Positions 9,132 through 20,709 of a DNA stretch of 64,000 nucleotides are shown here, one piece after another. The notes beneath the pieces are model-generated. The model was not told where the DNA came from. It saw only the letters and a program-made list of their open reading frames with translations, and did no database searches. This DNA is from a virus, in IMG/VR virus record IMGVR_UViG_3300016476_001599, positions 1 to 64,000 of that record. One strand, written 5' to 3'. The position numbers and the translations under genes were made by a program. The first letter of the stretch is position 1. The number at the start of each line of letters is the position of its first letter.

Positions 9132-10949
9132 ATGGGATTAAATCGTTTCATTCAGTACATAAAAGAGAACGAGCCCGTCGCACCGGGAACTGCCAACCGG
9201 CCCATGAGCCAGCTGGACCAAAATCTCAAGTACATGATAGGCCTGCTCGAGGCCGCCAACATCGGATCAACCGTTTACGCTAGATCGCAAAACGTTGTTT
9301 CCACGATTCAAGTTGGACAGCCTGTGTTCTTTAACCCTGCAACATCAAGGTTCGAGCCCGCTTTCGCTACAAGCGAGTCCGACTCTGCTACAGGGTACCT
9401 TGTCGTACCGAACCAATCCCAAGTGTGGGGCGTGGTCGCAGAGAAGCTTAACTCGACGCTGGCCGACATCTTGCTTTTCGGCTACGCGAAAATCGACATA
9501 ACGGCTGCGGTCGGAACTGACCTGGACAACGACGGGAATGTCCCGCCTGGATTGTGGTACCTTTCTGGCGTTAGCGCCGGGAAGTTAACCCGTCAGTCGC
9601 CGCCTTTGTCGATACCGGTCTGCAAGACAGATAACGCCGGTAACGTGTACGTTAATCCTTCTTTCGTTGATTTTCTGGAAAACCACAGGCATTACGTCTT
9701 CGACTTGACTGCGATGCCTGCCGGGCAGGTTACGCCTCCCGCCGCTGGCGATCCGCACGTGATCACTTCTGCAGACTCGGACTTGCCCGGGTGGTTGCCG
9801 GCTAACGATGTCGTGTTTGAAGGGAAAGCACCGACCGGAGCTAAGTTCGGCTATAACTTGGCCGCCGATGCAGCACTGCAGAGCGTGTTTCCACCTGTTC
9901 CCCTGCAGTCTGCTTCGGTAATTATGCAGCGACCCAGCATCTACGACACGCTTGCGGAGCGTAAGTGGTACGGGCAGCAACTGCTTTCAGATCTCGTTGT
10001 TGTCAACCGCGACGGTATCTGGTGGATGAGTGATTGCTACGATGAAGTTCCATGGGCAACGGATCTCGACACGACTGTCTCAATGAGCAGTGTTTATACC
10101 GAGTGCGACCCTGCCTCCAAGCCTATAAGCGTCAAACTTTACTTTACTCGAGTAGGCTTTGCCACTGACAACAGCTCGGTAACGAGCCTGCGATCGCTGG
10201 ATCCTCGGATAAAAGTTCTTTGCGCAGGTAAAACCGATGTCGCTTTCTCCGGCGATCTTGACATTGACTTGGATTTGTCGCTGATGAACGGTCCTGCGAA
10301 CGTGGCCGGTTACTCGGTATTGAAAACGTTTAATCCTGTCACCAACGAGTTTAGCAGCGGAAAAATTGTTGAAGGTGTGTATGCCACGTCTGCGAACGTC
10401 TTGCTCAGTGGCGACACTAGCTTTATCGCCGGCGGTAAAACGTATTACCAGGGAAAGATTGGGGTTGGGGTGCTCAGTCAGCCCTCGCGAGAGTTGTCGA
10501 GTCAGCTGGTTCGGTTGGAGGGTGTTACGGAAGAAAGTTACCCGGTTTTGTATCTCGGTATGCCGAACGACACGGCGACAAGCTACGTCGTCAAGTTCGA
10601 GGTACCCGGCGACGCACCGGCTAACTCGCAGCTCCGTTTTCGGCCTCGGATACTGGGCAAGGCAGCGGGCACACTGCCGCAGCTTGCGGTCAGCTACTTT
10701 AAGACAGGCAGACCCGTGGACGGCTTAAACATACCGATCACGGTGGTCCAAGCCTATACTTCGTTAGCCGTTGTTACCGTGGCCACGGTAACGGCAAACC
10801 AAGCCGTTGAAGCGCTAAGCAGCGCCGTCGAGGTGGATCCGGGAGACATTGTGTACCTTCGCGTGACACGCAACCCGAGCGACCCGAGCGACAACTACGC
10901 TGGCGAAGTCGGCATCATGCAGCAGATCGGAGTCTTAACTTCTTCCTAA
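9132..10949 (+). CDS. Putative virion structural protein (tail-fibre base-like)
   Basis: 605 aa; EPVAPGTANRPMSQL..N N-terminus resembles tail-fibre attachment motifs; WYLS...AGKLT motif. Confidence 0.55.
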   Translation: MGLNRFIQYIKENEPVAPGTANRPMSQLDQNLKYMIGLLEAANIGSTVYARSQNVVSTIQVGQPVFFNPATSRFEPAFATSESDSATGYLVVPNQSQVWGVVAEKLNSTLADILLFGYAKIDITAAVGTDLDNDGNVPPGLWYLSGVSAGKLTRQSPPLSIPVCKTDNAGNVYVNPSFVDFLENHRHYVFDLTAMPAGQVTPPAAGDPHVITSADSDLPGWLPANDVVFEGKAPTGAKFGYNLAADAALQSVFPPVPLQSASVIMQRPSIYDTLAERKWYGQQLLSDLVVVNRDGIWWMSDCYDEVPWATDLDTTVSMSSVYTECDPASKPISVKLYFTRVGFATDNSSVTSLRSLDPRIKVLCAGKTDVAFSGDLDIDLDLSLMNGPANVAGYSVLKTFNPVTNEFSSGKIVEGVYATSANVLLSGDTSFIAGGKTYYQGKIGVGVLSQPSRELSSQLVRLEGVTEESYPVLYLGMPNDTATSYVVKFEVPGDAPANSQLRFRPRILGKAAGTLPQLAVSYFKTGRPVDGLNIPITVVQAYTSLAVVTVATVTANQAVEALSSAVEVDPGDIVYLRVTRNPSDPSDNYAGEVGIMQQIGVLTSS

Positions 10950-10961
10950 GAGGTTCACAGG

Positions 10962-11918
10962 ATGCCTACAGCCAATTGGAACTTGGAGTTCCTGAATCAC
11001 AATTCGCAAAGAAGCTATCCGTTAGCCGCCGAGGCGACTAAGACGGACACCAGCGGTGCGTTTATTCTACCCGACGATTTCTTGGTGGGGCTCGATCTAC
11101 CGATCTCGCCTGCAATGGACATGTCCACCGGGACTTTCTTTATTCGGCAGGTAGGTTTGTTCGCGTCCGGCGTTCAGCTCATTCTTGCGTACGATTCTGG
11201 CATCGGTATAGTTGACGTAGCTTCGACGCTGATCCCGGCTTACCAATTCACTCGGAACAAGGTTTTCACGCTCGGTGGGATTGATCCGTTCGACGACGTA
11301 ACGGGAAAGGTCGTGATCGGCAGGCTGGAGTCTATTCAGCTGCAGCCTACAGGCCTTTTCAATTTCGAGCTGGAAGCCACAAGGATAGAGCCGCAAGCAA
11401 TTCGACCCATGATACGCGGAATATCCGCGATCCGCGTCGCCAGCTCCAACGGTGTACTAGGCGATAGGTTGTACGGGGATATCGAACTTGTTGCAGGTCG
11501 AAACATACAGTTGACAACTGTCAACACACTCACTGACACCAAAGTCGTCATCAGTGCAATTAGTGGCGAAGGAACCATCTCAGATTGTACGTGCACAGGA
11601 GAAGCGTCCAGTGCTCCTTGTATCAAGACAATCAACGGAATAGCTCCAACGCCCGATGGCAATTTCAACCTGATCGGTGACGACTGTCTGACTTTTGAAG
11701 AAATCGCCAGCGGCTTAAAGCTGACGGATTCTTGCTGTGCCCCGTGCTGCGGTTGTGCTGAGCTCGAGTCGATAACGCAGAACTTGGAGTTGTTCAACGC
11801 ACAACGCGCCGCATTAGACCAGTTCGTAAACAGGCTCGCGGCAGAAAATGCAGCCTTCTCGGCTACCGTGTTGGGTGCCCGTTTAGGCGACAAACGTTGC
11901 ATCAATTGCGAGGAATAG
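10962..11918 (+). CDS. Cys-rich tail/baseplate protein, paralog 1
   Basis: NSQRSYPL start; IKTINGIAP..DGNF; CCAPCCGC; C-terminal coiled coil. Confidence 0.55.
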   Translation: MPTANWNLEFLNHNSQRSYPLAAEATKTDTSGAFILPDDFLVGLDLPISPAMDMSTGTFFIRQVGLFASGVQLILAYDSGIGIVDVASTLIPAYQFTRNKVFTLGGIDPFDDVTGKVVIGRLESIQLQPTGLFNFELEATRIEPQAIRPMIRGISAIRVASSNGVLGDRLYGDIELVAGRNIQLTTVNTLTDTKVVISAISGEGTISDCTCTGEASSAPCIKTINGIAPTPDGNFNLIGDDCLTFEEIASGLKLTDSCCAPCCGCAELESITQNLELFNAQRAALDQFVNRLAAENAAFSATVLGARLGDKRCINCEE

Positions 11919-11919
11919 C

Positions 11920-13566
11920 ATGACTCACCCACGCGGCAGGCAGGCCATAGGCTTAAATCAGCCGCCAAACAGCGGTAACCTTTATCCTTTCGTTAATCCT
12001 TCGTCGGACATACAGCAGCTTTTTTCCGACTTCTTTGTGTCTTTTGAAAATAGCTCTGGAGCTGTCAAGTACCCTCTCAAAGTAGCCTGGCTTTACGGCT
12101 TCGGTTCCAACAGTGTTTTACCGTTCTCCGGAAGACCTACGCCGTCACACGCTTACGACCTGGTCGTGGAAGACGCGAACGGGGAGATCGTTTTTGACTC
12201 GACCGCGGCTTCCAGCTACAAAACGACGGACTGGGATTCTCGGCTGCGAGTCATCGAGTGGGAAAGCGGCATAGCCGTTTGTCGTTGTGTGATCCACACG
12301 CAGTGGACACAGGAAGATGTCACAGACGGCTTAGCAATAACGTACGACGACAACATAGAGCCGGAAAACGGGGAGCTTTACGCCGAGTGTGGTTACGAGT
12401 TGCCGCGTCGCGTGAAAGCTATCAAGATTGGAAACGAAATAGTGACCGCAAAAGCCTTGACGCTGCAAAGCGGCTACAATTTTGGTATGGAAACTGTTCT
12501 GCCAATCGAAGTTGAGTCTCCGGCTATTGATCTTTTCGGGGAAATTGGGCTTATTGAAGGTAGCCGCAGGGCAACGAAGATCCAGCTCAGCGCGGAACCC
12601 GGCTCGGGGCTTGGCGTTTTCCCCGGGTGCGTGGACACTGCGACTGTCCTGCGTACCTTGAACAAAATAAGGTCGGACAGTCACAACAACTTTACGTTGG
12701 ACAGCGAGGGTTGCATTCGGCAACATCGACCATTGGCCTTGTCCTCTGCCACCCCTAGGGTTTTCAGCTACTCCGCAAGTGCGATGTCGACATCGCAAGC
12801 AGCGTCCACCATCAAGCTGAGTAACGACTGTCGCAACTGCTGTGATTGCGAGTACTACGCAAGGACGTATCAAGGACTAAAGCGGCAATGGTCGCTTTAC
12901 AAGGACATAGCGCACACCGCCGAAGAGGCAAGAGACTTTTACAAGGCCAACAAAGACAGATGGCTTGTCGAAAAAGCTATGCGCGAAAAGGATTTCATTC
13001 GCGTCAGCGTTGCAACCGATGCAGATTGTAAGGTGCGATGGGGCGTGGCGGTATGTAATCCAACAAACTGCTGCCTGATCAATTTGAAAATACAAGTGTT
13101 TTTTCTGCCTTACGTCTTTGGCGGCTTGTCTTACGGAGCCAACGCTTTTCACTGCCCTGACACCTACCTGGAAGGTTCTTCGACGTGCCAAGTGCCTGTG
13201 GCAGTGTCGCCAGAGATATTGGACTCCGAGAATCATGTGCACTTGTACACTGTAGATTACGCCGACCCTCAGTCCATGACGCTTCTCTACGGAAAACAAT
13301 GCTTACCAAGCTGTTACGACGAACCGGGAAACACCAGTGTGGCAATAGCCGTGGTAGCTTACTGGGAAAACCAGGCACCGGTCGGCAGCCAATGCAAACC
13401 GGTGACTAATATTGCAACGGACCTTGTGGGTGATATAGTTTCATTCTGCGGTCTTGCTTCAATTCCGGTTCCCACGGAAGTTTACGGGCAAGCTTTGTCG
13501 CAGAAGCGAGAAATGCTCGGAAGCACCAGTAGCTGCTTGTCCTGCAACTGCCAGCCAGAGATATAG
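11920..13566 (+). CDS. Cys-rich tail/baseplate protein, paralog 2
   Basis: NLYPF; LRTLNKI..NNFTL; CRNCCDC. Confidence 0.55.
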   Translation: MTHPRGRQAIGLNQPPNSGNLYPFVNPSSDIQQLFSDFFVSFENSSGAVKYPLKVAWLYGFGSNSVLPFSGRPTPSHAYDLVVEDANGEIVFDSTAASSYKTTDWDSRLRVIEWESGIAVCRCVIHTQWTQEDVTDGLAITYDDNIEPENGELYAECGYELPRRVKAIKIGNEIVTAKALTLQSGYNFGMETVLPIEVESPAIDLFGEIGLIEGSRRATKIQLSAEPGSGLGVFPGCVDTATVLRTLNKIRSDSHNNFTLDSEGCIRQHRPLALSSATPRVFSYSASAMSTSQAASTIKLSNDCRNCCDCEYYARTYQGLKRQWSLYKDIAHTAEEARDFYKANKDRWLVEKAMREKDFIRVSVATDADCKVRWGVAVCNPTNCCLINLKIQVFFLPYVFGGLSYGANAFHCPDTYLEGSSTCQVPVAVSPEILDSENHVHLYTVDYADPQSMTLLYGKQCLPSCYDEPGNTSVAIAVVAYWENQAPVGSQCKPVTNIATDLVGDIVSFCGLASIPVPTEVYGQALSQKREMLGSTSSCLSCNCQPEI

Positions 13567-13568
13567 GC

Positions 13569-15257
13569 GTGATACGAAACAACCATTGGTACAATCTCAA
13601 CGAGCAAAATGCCTACCCTGTCGACGACACGGCCTCGTGTCTATCAAACGACGGGCTGAGGTTGCCATCGGCTATCGTCGCAGACTTGCAGCTGCGTTGG
13701 CCTCGTGAGCTCGGTAAATACGCTTTTATAAGCGCTGTCACATGCAGCGAAGAAATAGTCACGCTGCTGATTGAGGCCACAGAGCAGCTTGACAACTCCG
13801 GCGGTCAAAGCCGGTTAATTGCAGGAATATCGCTTGGGCGATCGGAGCTCACGGCTTACCGCACGTACAGGTTGGATGTCTTCGAGAAGGGTGTTGCAGG
13901 TTTTATTGCTTTCGGTGCCGGCACTTCAGAGTTTTTTCGCGGTGTCTTCGGTTCTCCGTTGCAGTCTCTGCTGACTGCAAGGGCCGCTCGTCCGATTCGC
14001 AAGCCACCTGTCGAAACGCTTGGAATAGCAAACGTCGAAAGCGTTTTAGCCGGTGTCGTCAGCCTGGCCGCCGAGCAGCCGCTGGAAATCGTACGCGAAC
14101 CTCGACTAATCAACGGTGTTACACACGATAACGTGATTGTTTTTCGGCTGCGAGAACCGCCTTCCGACACAACCGTTCAAAACGTACAGTCTGTTTTTTC
14201 GCAGTTCGCTGGGCCTTGTGGCCGTCGCGTCGGATCGAGATCTTGCGTCGACCCGCAACCGATCGAAACTATAAATGGACTTGCTCCGGATTGCGATGGA
14301 ATTTTCACCTTGGATTTCCAAGGCTGTGCCGTAGTGGGTAAAAACACAGCGGACTGCGGCGTAGTCGTAGACTGTCAACGCGGTCTGTCTGACACGTGCG
14401 CACCTCCGTTTTTGCCTGATCTGGTAACAGGTAAGCTGCCGTCTGAGGTGCCACCGGTTGTTATTCCTCCGCCTCAGCCTCCCGAGCCGCCAATACCGCC
14501 GGACACTAGCATTAGCGACTCCATGAGCACCTTGTTGTCGCTGCCTTACTGCGATACGTTTGATGACGGTTTTGCTTACAGCTTCGCACCTATGGATTCG
14601 TCCACTTGGGGCATGAGCAACGACGATAGTCCGGGTGAGGCGTATTGCTGCGTCGGACCGCCGCCTAATTTCACAGCTTATGGCTGCGACTCGTCGTTAA
14701 GCGCAAGTCAGTCTTTCTCGGTCGGTCTTTCGTCTTACAGCTACGGCACAGCCAATCTTCCAAGCTTGTCGAAAACAAACCTATCGCTTTTCACGTTAGA
14801 CGTTCAGTCTCTGTATCGGCGTTACACGACAGACTTCAAAGTAATCGCATTGAGCCCGACAGGTCAGCTCAATGCGGGCATTGTTGTCAATTACAGGATA
14901 AACAGTGCGGACTTGCGAACATACGTCTTCGCAGCCTTAGACGTAACTAACAAAACGTTCGGAGTATATTTCTTCAACGGAATCAACGCAGTTCCGCTGT
15001 CGACTGTTTCCGTCCCTTTGGCTTCCGTCGACGAATGGTACCGCTTGGAATTTACAGTCGTCCCGAACGAGTTAACGCGTACGAGCGTCAATCTGCAAGC
15101 GGTGCTAAAAGGTATTACAAATCCGGCTGTCGACGTTGCTATTTCAACCAGTTTGTCCGGTACGCTCTGGGAACAAGATGCCGGCAACGCAGGATTTTAC
15201 ACGCGACGTTCCGCAAGCTATTTCTCCTATTGGCGAGTTGACGAGGCTATTCCGTGA
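13569..15257 (+). CDS. Cys-rich tail protein, paralog 3, with Pro-rich linker and beta-rich C-terminal domain
   Basis: NEQNAYPV; IETINGLAPDCDGIF; PPPQPPEPP linker. Confidence 0.55.
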   Translation: MIRNNHWYNLNEQNAYPVDDTASCLSNDGLRLPSAIVADLQLRWPRELGKYAFISAVTCSEEIVTLLIEATEQLDNSGGQSRLIAGISLGRSELTAYRTYRLDVFEKGVAGFIAFGAGTSEFFRGVFGSPLQSLLTARAARPIRKPPVETLGIANVESVLAGVVSLAAEQPLEIVREPRLINGVTHDNVIVFRLREPPSDTTVQNVQSVFSQFAGPCGRRVGSRSCVDPQPIETINGLAPDCDGIFTLDFQGCAVVGKNTADCGVVVDCQRGLSDTCAPPFLPDLVTGKLPSEVPPVVIPPPQPPEPPIPPDTSISDSMSTLLSLPYCDTFDDGFAYSFAPMDSSTWGMSNDDSPGEAYCCVGPPPNFTAYGCDSSLSASQSFSVGLSSYSYGTANLPSLSKTNLSLFTLDVQSLYRRYTTDFKVIALSPTGQLNAGIVVNYRINSADLRTYVFAALDVTNKTFGVYFFNGINAVPLSTVSVPLASVDEWYRLEFTVVPNELTRTSVNLQAVLKGITNPAVDVAISTSLSGTLWEQDAGNAGFYTRRSASYFSYWRVDEAIP

Positions 15258-16057
15258 CAGACATTAGGCACACAGAACTAATTCGTTCGCTGCGAGAAAC
15301 CAAGTACCCGTTCGTACCGACCGCGAGTTTGAGCAACGAGAGTGTTTTTTTTGTTGAAGATACTTTCTTAGACGCTCACATTTACTCCGTCGAGGGAGCG
15401 GGGCGTTACTACGTTTCGCAGGTTACCGTTCAGTCAGATAAGTTCGTGCTGTACGTCGGCGACACAGCTTTTCCGTTGCGGTTAAAGGGCGAAGTTAATC
15501 TTCCCATTTCAACAGGTTATATTCGCCTCACGGACGAGCACGGAAGACCGGCGGGTTTGTTGGTCTCGACTCCCGACAGACTGGCTTTGATCTCCGCCTG
15601 GGGAATTCGAACGCACGTCTTCGAGCAGGGTCAAACAGAGTTTTGCGTCACGTGTCAGGTACCAGCGGCTTACCCGGGCGTCACTGGCATGCAAACGCCT
15701 GACGGGCAACTTTCAACAGGCAAAGTCTGGCTTGTGGGTGAGGACGGTGTGGTTCTTCGCACGGATAGCTACATCAACAAACGAGGTGAAGACGTTCCGG
15801 TGGTTCGCGTCGACGTCGTAGGTGATCCTTTGAACTTGCAGCGGTTGTGCAACCCGGCAGACTTGTTTGTTCCAGTTAACCCGATACGTGTTATACGTGT
15901 CGTTAATGGAGATTACACCTACGATTGCTACCCAGACGAACAAGGTAACTTCAACATTCAGATGAACGATGATTTGGCCCCGGATCCTGCGTTAAGAATC
16001 CGCACTACAGCCGCAGGCATAGTCTTTTCCGTGGAAGGCTCGGTGATCAACAAATAA
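15254..16057 (+). CDS. Tail/baseplate protein, paralog 4
   Basis: ETKYPF; IRVVNG...PDEQGNFNI. Confidence 0.55.
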   Translation: MTDIRHTELIRSLRETKYPFVPTASLSNESVFFVEDTFLDAHIYSVEGAGRYYVSQVTVQSDKFVLYVGDTAFPLRLKGEVNLPISTGYIRLTDEHGRPAGLLVSTPDRLALISAWGIRTHVFEQGQTEFCVTCQVPAAYPGVTGMQTPDGQLSTGKVWLVGEDGVVLRTDSYINKRGEDVPVVRVDVVGDPLNLQRLCNPADLFVPVNPIRVIRVVNGDYTYDCYPDEQGNFNIQMNDDLAPDPALRIRTTAAGIVFSVEGSVINK

Positions 16058-16058
16058 A

Positions 16059-17093
16059 ATGCCACGTCCTAACTTTTTCAATGACAACCTGAACCGCGTC
16101 TATCCTTTCAAAGAAGGAAGCTCGGGCGTTAGCACGCCTGATTCCGGGCTTTTTGACTTTTACGCTTTGCCGGACAACGTGATAGTTGATTTTGGCGCCA
16201 TCATGGGCCCCGAGTCCGGCTTTGACGCCGAGATCGACGAGGTCTTTCTGTATCGCATCACACGAGTAAACGCATCGGTATTCGAGTTTGAATTTCGTTG
16301 CACTGCGAGCAATTTAATGCACGCACCGCTTATCTTTACCCGTTCTACCACCGCAGAATTATTTGAAACGGAGTTTGTAGAAAGCTTCACTCTCGACGAG
16401 GCGGCAATAAGCCTTTCAATGTCCGGTCAGCTGCCTGTGTCGACTTCCGACTCCGGTGTCGCGGAAGAATGCGGAGAGCCTCTTTGGTCCGGATTCATGG
16501 TGTCGGGCGACATGCAAAGCCTTGCTGCTCGAATACCAGCAGGCACAAGCCTTACACGGGAAGACGTATACTCGGCAATCGTTGAACCGTGCCTGATACA
16601 GAACTTGTATCTGAATCAAGTTGTGTCTGTCAACATCGCAAATTCAGACAGGACGCGAGCTCTTCGCCCGGAGACTTGCCCGCAGAACCAGTGGGACTTC
16701 GACGTCGGGCAGACTTACGTGTACGAAACGTGCTTGACCGGCAATATCAAGTTTAAAGCCGGTTTCAATATGTCCATAAGCCAAGACGTTGCCAGCTCTA
16801 CACTGGTTTTTGCGCCTACGCTAGGTGCGGGAGACGGGCAGCCTTGCGAGGAAATCGCGATCTTCCCTGGCGAAACTCCACCTGCCGGGTCCGATAACGG
16901 CTTGCTTGCCGGTGACTTTTATTGTAACGAAGCCTTGCGTTCAATTAACGGTTTGCAAGGCCCGACTTTGACATTCTTCGGTGAGTCAGGTGTTTCTATA
17001 ATAACGGACGTTGTAAACAAAAAATTAGTCATAGACATCAATTTGTCCGACCTGGCTGTCTGCGATTTTTCATTCAACTCCGTATCACTATAA
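16059..17093 (+). CDS. Tail/baseplate protein, paralog 5
   Basis: NLNRVYPF; LRSINGLQG. Confidence 0.55.
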   Translation: MPRPNFFNDNLNRVYPFKEGSSGVSTPDSGLFDFYALPDNVIVDFGAIMGPESGFDAEIDEVFLYRITRVNASVFEFEFRCTASNLMHAPLIFTRSTTAELFETEFVESFTLDEAAISLSMSGQLPVSTSDSGVAEECGEPLWSGFMVSGDMQSLAARIPAGTSLTREDVYSAIVEPCLIQNLYLNQVVSVNIANSDRTRALRPETCPQNQWDFDVGQTYVYETCLTGNIKFKAGFNMSISQDVASSTLVFAPTLGAGDGQPCEEIAIFPGETPPAGSDNGLLAGDFYCNEALRSINGLQGPTLTFFGESGVSIITDVVNKKLVIDINLSDLAVCDFSFNSVSL

Positions 17094-17103
17094 GGCATAG
17101 GAC

Positions 17104-19890
17104 ATGGCGCCTACGACGCAGTGCCCCCAGGGACCGCAGTCACCCGTGTTTGATATCGTCAAATGCGACGTGCCTTGCATTTTTCCTATCCCAGGTGGAA
17201 ACTGGCTGATAAACCCACAGGTTCCTCAAGCCCCGGCGGATATCTTTGATTGCCCGTCGCTGCCTGTTCCTCTGCTCGACCCGGATCCAATCTGTCCGAT
17301 TCTTTCCGCCCAAGACGACATCACCACCAACGTGGTACCGATCGGAAGCGAAAGAGTTGTTTTTACTGTTACAAAAGGTCAGTGTTGCGATTATGTATTG
17401 AACTTGCAAGTAGATTTCCCTTGCCCCGAAATCACGGGACAGGCCAACGTAACTACCGTGGGTCCGGGCGGGGCGCCATTTGCCAATTTGAACGTCAACA
17501 AATCTGGCGATTGTTCGTTTGATATCCAGTTAAACATAGGCTTGCCTAGCCCGCAGCTGGGGCCGCAAGGACCACAAGGGCCGCAAGGTGCAGAAGGGCC
17601 GCAAGGTGCAGTCGGGCCGCAAGGAGCAGTCGGACCGCAAGGGGCAGTAGGGCCGCAAGGGCCGCAAGGACCTGCTGGACCACAGGGTTTAATCGGTCCT
17701 CAAGGTTTAATCGGGCCGCAAGGATTGGTCGGACCGCAGGGGGCGGCGGGTCCGCAGGGCGCGGCTGGTCCGCAGGGTACACCTGGACCGCAAGGCCCGA
17801 TTGGTCCCGACGGTAATCCGGGCCCTGACGGCAATCCTGGACCGGACGGCAATCCTGGGCCAGACGGTAATCCTGGGCCAGACGGCAATCCCGGGGACCA
17901 AGGGCCACAAGGAGACCGTGGTCCACAGGGTCATCGTGGGCCGCAAGGGTACCCTGGTTACACGGGAGCCACCGGATATCGCGGACCTCAGGGGTACCGC
18001 GGACCGCAAGGTTATCGCGGCCCACAAGGTTATCGCGGACCTCAAGGGTACCGTGGACCGCAAGGTTATCGTGGACCGCAAGGCTACGAGGGCCCACAGG
18101 GTCCCCAGGGAAAACGCGGACCGCAAGGTTATCGCGGACCGCAGGGCCACCGCGGGCCTCAGGGTTATCGCGGGGCAGAAGGACCGCAGGGTCCTTGTTG
18201 CGAAGGGTCAACAGGTCCTACGGGGCCAACCGGCCCTACGGGTCCAACCGGTCCTACGGGTCCAACCGGCCCAACTACACCTACTTACGAGCTGCTTATC
18301 AGTTGGGAGTTTAACGATCAGCTAACTCCTGAAATTGACCCGCCAGCTCCTTTAAAGTATGCCGGAGACTCCGACGTATTTTACGCTGACCCCGACGCGG
18401 AAGCGGCAAGGCAACAGGCTTTCTCGCTGCACGGCCAGATCTACTTCAACAACGCTTCGCTGGCTGCGGTCACGCACATCTATGTTGAGAAATCGAACTA
18501 CAACAGCGTAGACATATCCGCGTTGCTCGCTACAGCTAAGCCCACCGACACGTTAAAAACTCGCGTGATGTCCGACGTTAACAAGTTCGGCATTTACCGC
18601 GTCTTGGCCGTCACAGAAGAAACAACGCTTTTCGACTACACAGTTGAAGCGATAACAACTAACGGCGCTTACACGTTGCTGGACCAGGTTGTCCTTGAGA
18701 TTCAACCCACCGGTGCCCAAGGTGCAACGGGTGCGACCGGGCCGACAGGTGCAACCGGTCCAATCGGTATCGGCGTGCCGACAGGCGGGTTAACCGGACA
18801 GGTTCTGGCGAAAAACACGGACACCAATTACGACACGGTTTGGATAGACAACTACGCCAAGGAACTACGCGTCACTGTAAAGAACATGTCGGGTGGTGCT
18901 ATTAATAAAGGTCAAGCCGTCATGGCTGTCGGAGCGACAGGGGACACAATTGAAGTCGCTCTAGCAAACGCGGACGGTACCGTTCTGCCGCGTTACATGC
19001 TCGGAATAGCCTCTGAAAACATAGCCAGCGAGGCCTCCGGTTACGTCACCTTGATTGGCGACATGCAGCACCTAAATACCCTCAGTTACACTGTAGGTAC
19101 CGTGTTGTGGCTGGATCCGCTTACGCCTGGCGGATTAACCGCTACCGAGCCGGTAACAAGCACTATACGCATGCCGGTGGCTATTGTTACGCGGCAACAC
19201 GCTGTGAGCGGTCGTCTCTACGTTCGAATGTACGCGCAGCAGACGGCTTTGCATGAACTTTTTGATGTTAAGCTCAACAGCCTTCAAAATGGTAATTACC
19301 TTCGCTATGATAGCACGCTCGCGGCCTGGAAGAATGACGCAACCAGTCCTACAGGCCCGACGGGCGCCACAGGCCCGACGGGCGCCACAGGCCCGACGGG
19401 TGCCACAGGCCCGGGCACGGTAGTAAATGCGACTGCGACAAGCACCAACGCTACGTTCTATCCCGTGTTCGTCGCAGCTGCTGGAAGTAATCAGACACCG
19501 AGTGTCGACACTACGGCACCGGCGCTGAGCTACAACCCGAGCACCGATCTGCTTAACGTTGGCGGTTTAACAGCAAACAAGTACGCAACAGGTACCGGAA
19601 TAGTTTCGGTGGTAACGGGTACAACTCGATCACTGAGCAGTGCAGACAACGGCATTGTCTTGGAATGCAGTAATAGTTTAGCCGTGACAATAACCGTTCC
19701 GACAGGCCTTCCAGTAGGTTTTACGCTCACAGTCATTCAAACCGGGACAGGGCAGATATCGTTTAGCGCGTCTGGGACCACGATAAACAACCGTCAAAGC
19801 CACACCAAGACTGCCGGGCGATGGGCCGTGGTATCCTTGATTCAGCATAGTACTAACAACTTCATTTTGGCCGGGGACACCGCCGCATAA
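17104..19890 (+). CDS. Collagen-like (Gly-X-Y) fibre protein
   Basis: Long GPQ/GPD-GNP/GYR triplet run, GPT blocks, [18 protein letters not shown] fibre motif, C-terminal [11 protein letters not shown]...LAGD domain. Confidence 0.85.
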   Translation: MAPTTQCPQGPQSPVFDIVKCDVPCIFPIPGGNWLINPQVPQAPADIFDCPSLPVPLLDPDPICPILSAQDDITTNVVPIGSERVVFTVTKGQCCDYVLNLQVDFPCPEITGQANVTTVGPGGAPFANLNVNKSGDCSFDIQLNIGLPSPQLGPQGPQGPQGAEGPQGAVGPQGAVGPQGAVGPQGPQGPAGPQGLIGPQGLIGPQGLVGPQGAAGPQGAAGPQGTPGPQGPIGPDGNPGPDGNPGPDGNPGPDGNPGPDGNPGDQGPQGDRGPQGHRGPQGYPGYTGATGYRGPQGYRGPQGYRGPQGYRGPQGYRGPQGYRGPQGYEGPQGPQGKRGPQGYRGPQGHRGPQGYRGAEGPQGPCCEGSTGPTGPTGPTGPTGPTGPTGPTTPTYELLISWEFNDQLTPEIDPPAPLKYAGDSDVFYADPDAEAARQQAFSLHGQIYFNNASLAAVTHIYVEKSNYNSVDISALLATAKPTDTLKTRVMSDVNKFGIYRVLAVTEETTLFDYTVEAITTNGAYTLLDQVVLEIQPTGAQGATGATGPTGATGPIGIGVPTGGLTGQVLAKNTDTNYDTVWIDNYAKELRVTVKNMSGGAINKGQAVMAVGATGDTIEVALANADGTVLPRYMLGIASENIASEASGYVTLIGDMQHLNTLSYTVGTVLWLDPLTPGGLTATEPVTSTIRMPVAIVTRQHAVSGRLYVRMYAQQTALHELFDVKLNSLQNGNYLRYDSTLAAWKNDATSPTGPTGATGPTGATGPTGATGPGTVVNATATSTNATFYPVFVAAAGSNQTPSVDTTAPALSYNPSTDLLNVGGLTANKYATGTGIVSVVTGTTRSLSSADNGIVLECSNSLAVTITVPTGLPVGFTLTVIQTGTGQISFSASGTTINNRQSHTKTAGRWAVVSLIQHSTNNFILAGDTAA

Positions 19891-20309
19891 TGATTCCCTT
19901 TTCTGGCTTCTTTAACTCGCATCCGTCGCCGACCGCTGGGCCTGCCGTCACAGACTGGGCCAATTTGACTTACAGCTACGGAACAGCGAGCAGCAACATA
20001 ACCAGTCAGCAACTGGCTTCGGCGATCACGCTTAAGGTTGTCAATCTTACAAACCCGTCGGCCATCCAACTTTTCTACAGCATCTCAGCAACCGAAGTCA
20101 CTGGCAGCCAGTTCGGTTTACCATTCTCTCCCCCGTGGGATCCAGTTGCGGCCAGTCCTGGAAGCACTTTCGCCGTTTCTGCAGGACAATGGGTTAGCTT
20201 CACTTGTTACAGCGATTCGATTGCAACAATAGCACCGCAAACCGTCGAAGTCCGAAACAATGCAGACAACGCGCTTATCGACACTTTCACCATCCAAGTA
20301 ACGGCTTAA
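19890..20309 (+). CDS. Putative fibre-associated protein
   Basis: Stop/start overlap with fibre gene. Confidence 0.5.
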   Translation: MIPFSGFFNSHPSPTAGPAVTDWANLTYSYGTASSNITSQQLASAITLKVVNLTNPSAIQLFYSISATEVTGSQFGLPFSPPWDPVAASPGSTFAVSAGQWVSFTCYSDSIATIAPQTVEVRNNADNALIDTFTIQVTA

Positions 20310-20319
20310 AGCCGGTCAC

Positions 20320-20347
20320 TTGCAACGGCGATTGCGTCTGCTACAGT
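20320..20347 (+). promoter_or_regulatory. Possible sigma70-type promoter
   Basis: TTGCAA-16 nt-TACAGT with extended TG, upstream of RBS aggag. Confidence 0.3.
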
Positions 20348-20370
20348 GAATCTTTTCACAGGAGTTCTAC

Positions 20371-20709
20371 ATGTTAGATCTAGTGTTAGAAGTGGATCTT
20401 CGCGATCCGACAGAAGTCGATGACGTTAAAGCGCATTGCGTGCTTACGGAAATCAGCATTAAACTGGATACGCAAGACGTTTGTTGCATCTTCACCTGCT
20501 GGAAAAGCCTGGAAGCGAGAACGCACAACTGTAAACCTTTTGCGGTTTTACCTGTTGTAGTCGAACAGGATGCGGTTCTCCGTGCAGTATTCGACCGTCA
20601 CTTTGAAGGCCTGTCGGCGATGTGCGGTGAACTAGTGCAGGCTTTAAAAAGCCCAGAAAAGAAAGCAAGGATAGAGCAGAATGCCAGAAAAAATACCGCT
20701 GGTTCTTAA
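20371..20709 (+). CDS. Hypothetical protein
   Basis: Good RBS; 112 aa. Confidence 0.55.
   Translation: MLDLVLEVDLRDPTEVDDVKAHCVLTEISIKLDTQDVCCIFTCWKSLEARTHNCKPFAVLPVVVEQDAVLRAVFDRHFEGLSAMCGELVQALKSPEKKARIEQNARKNTAGS

Noticed and set aside
17546-18325. Overlapping alternative-frame and antisense ORFs in the collagen gene
   Set aside because: Shadows of a low-complexity Gly-X-Y repeat.
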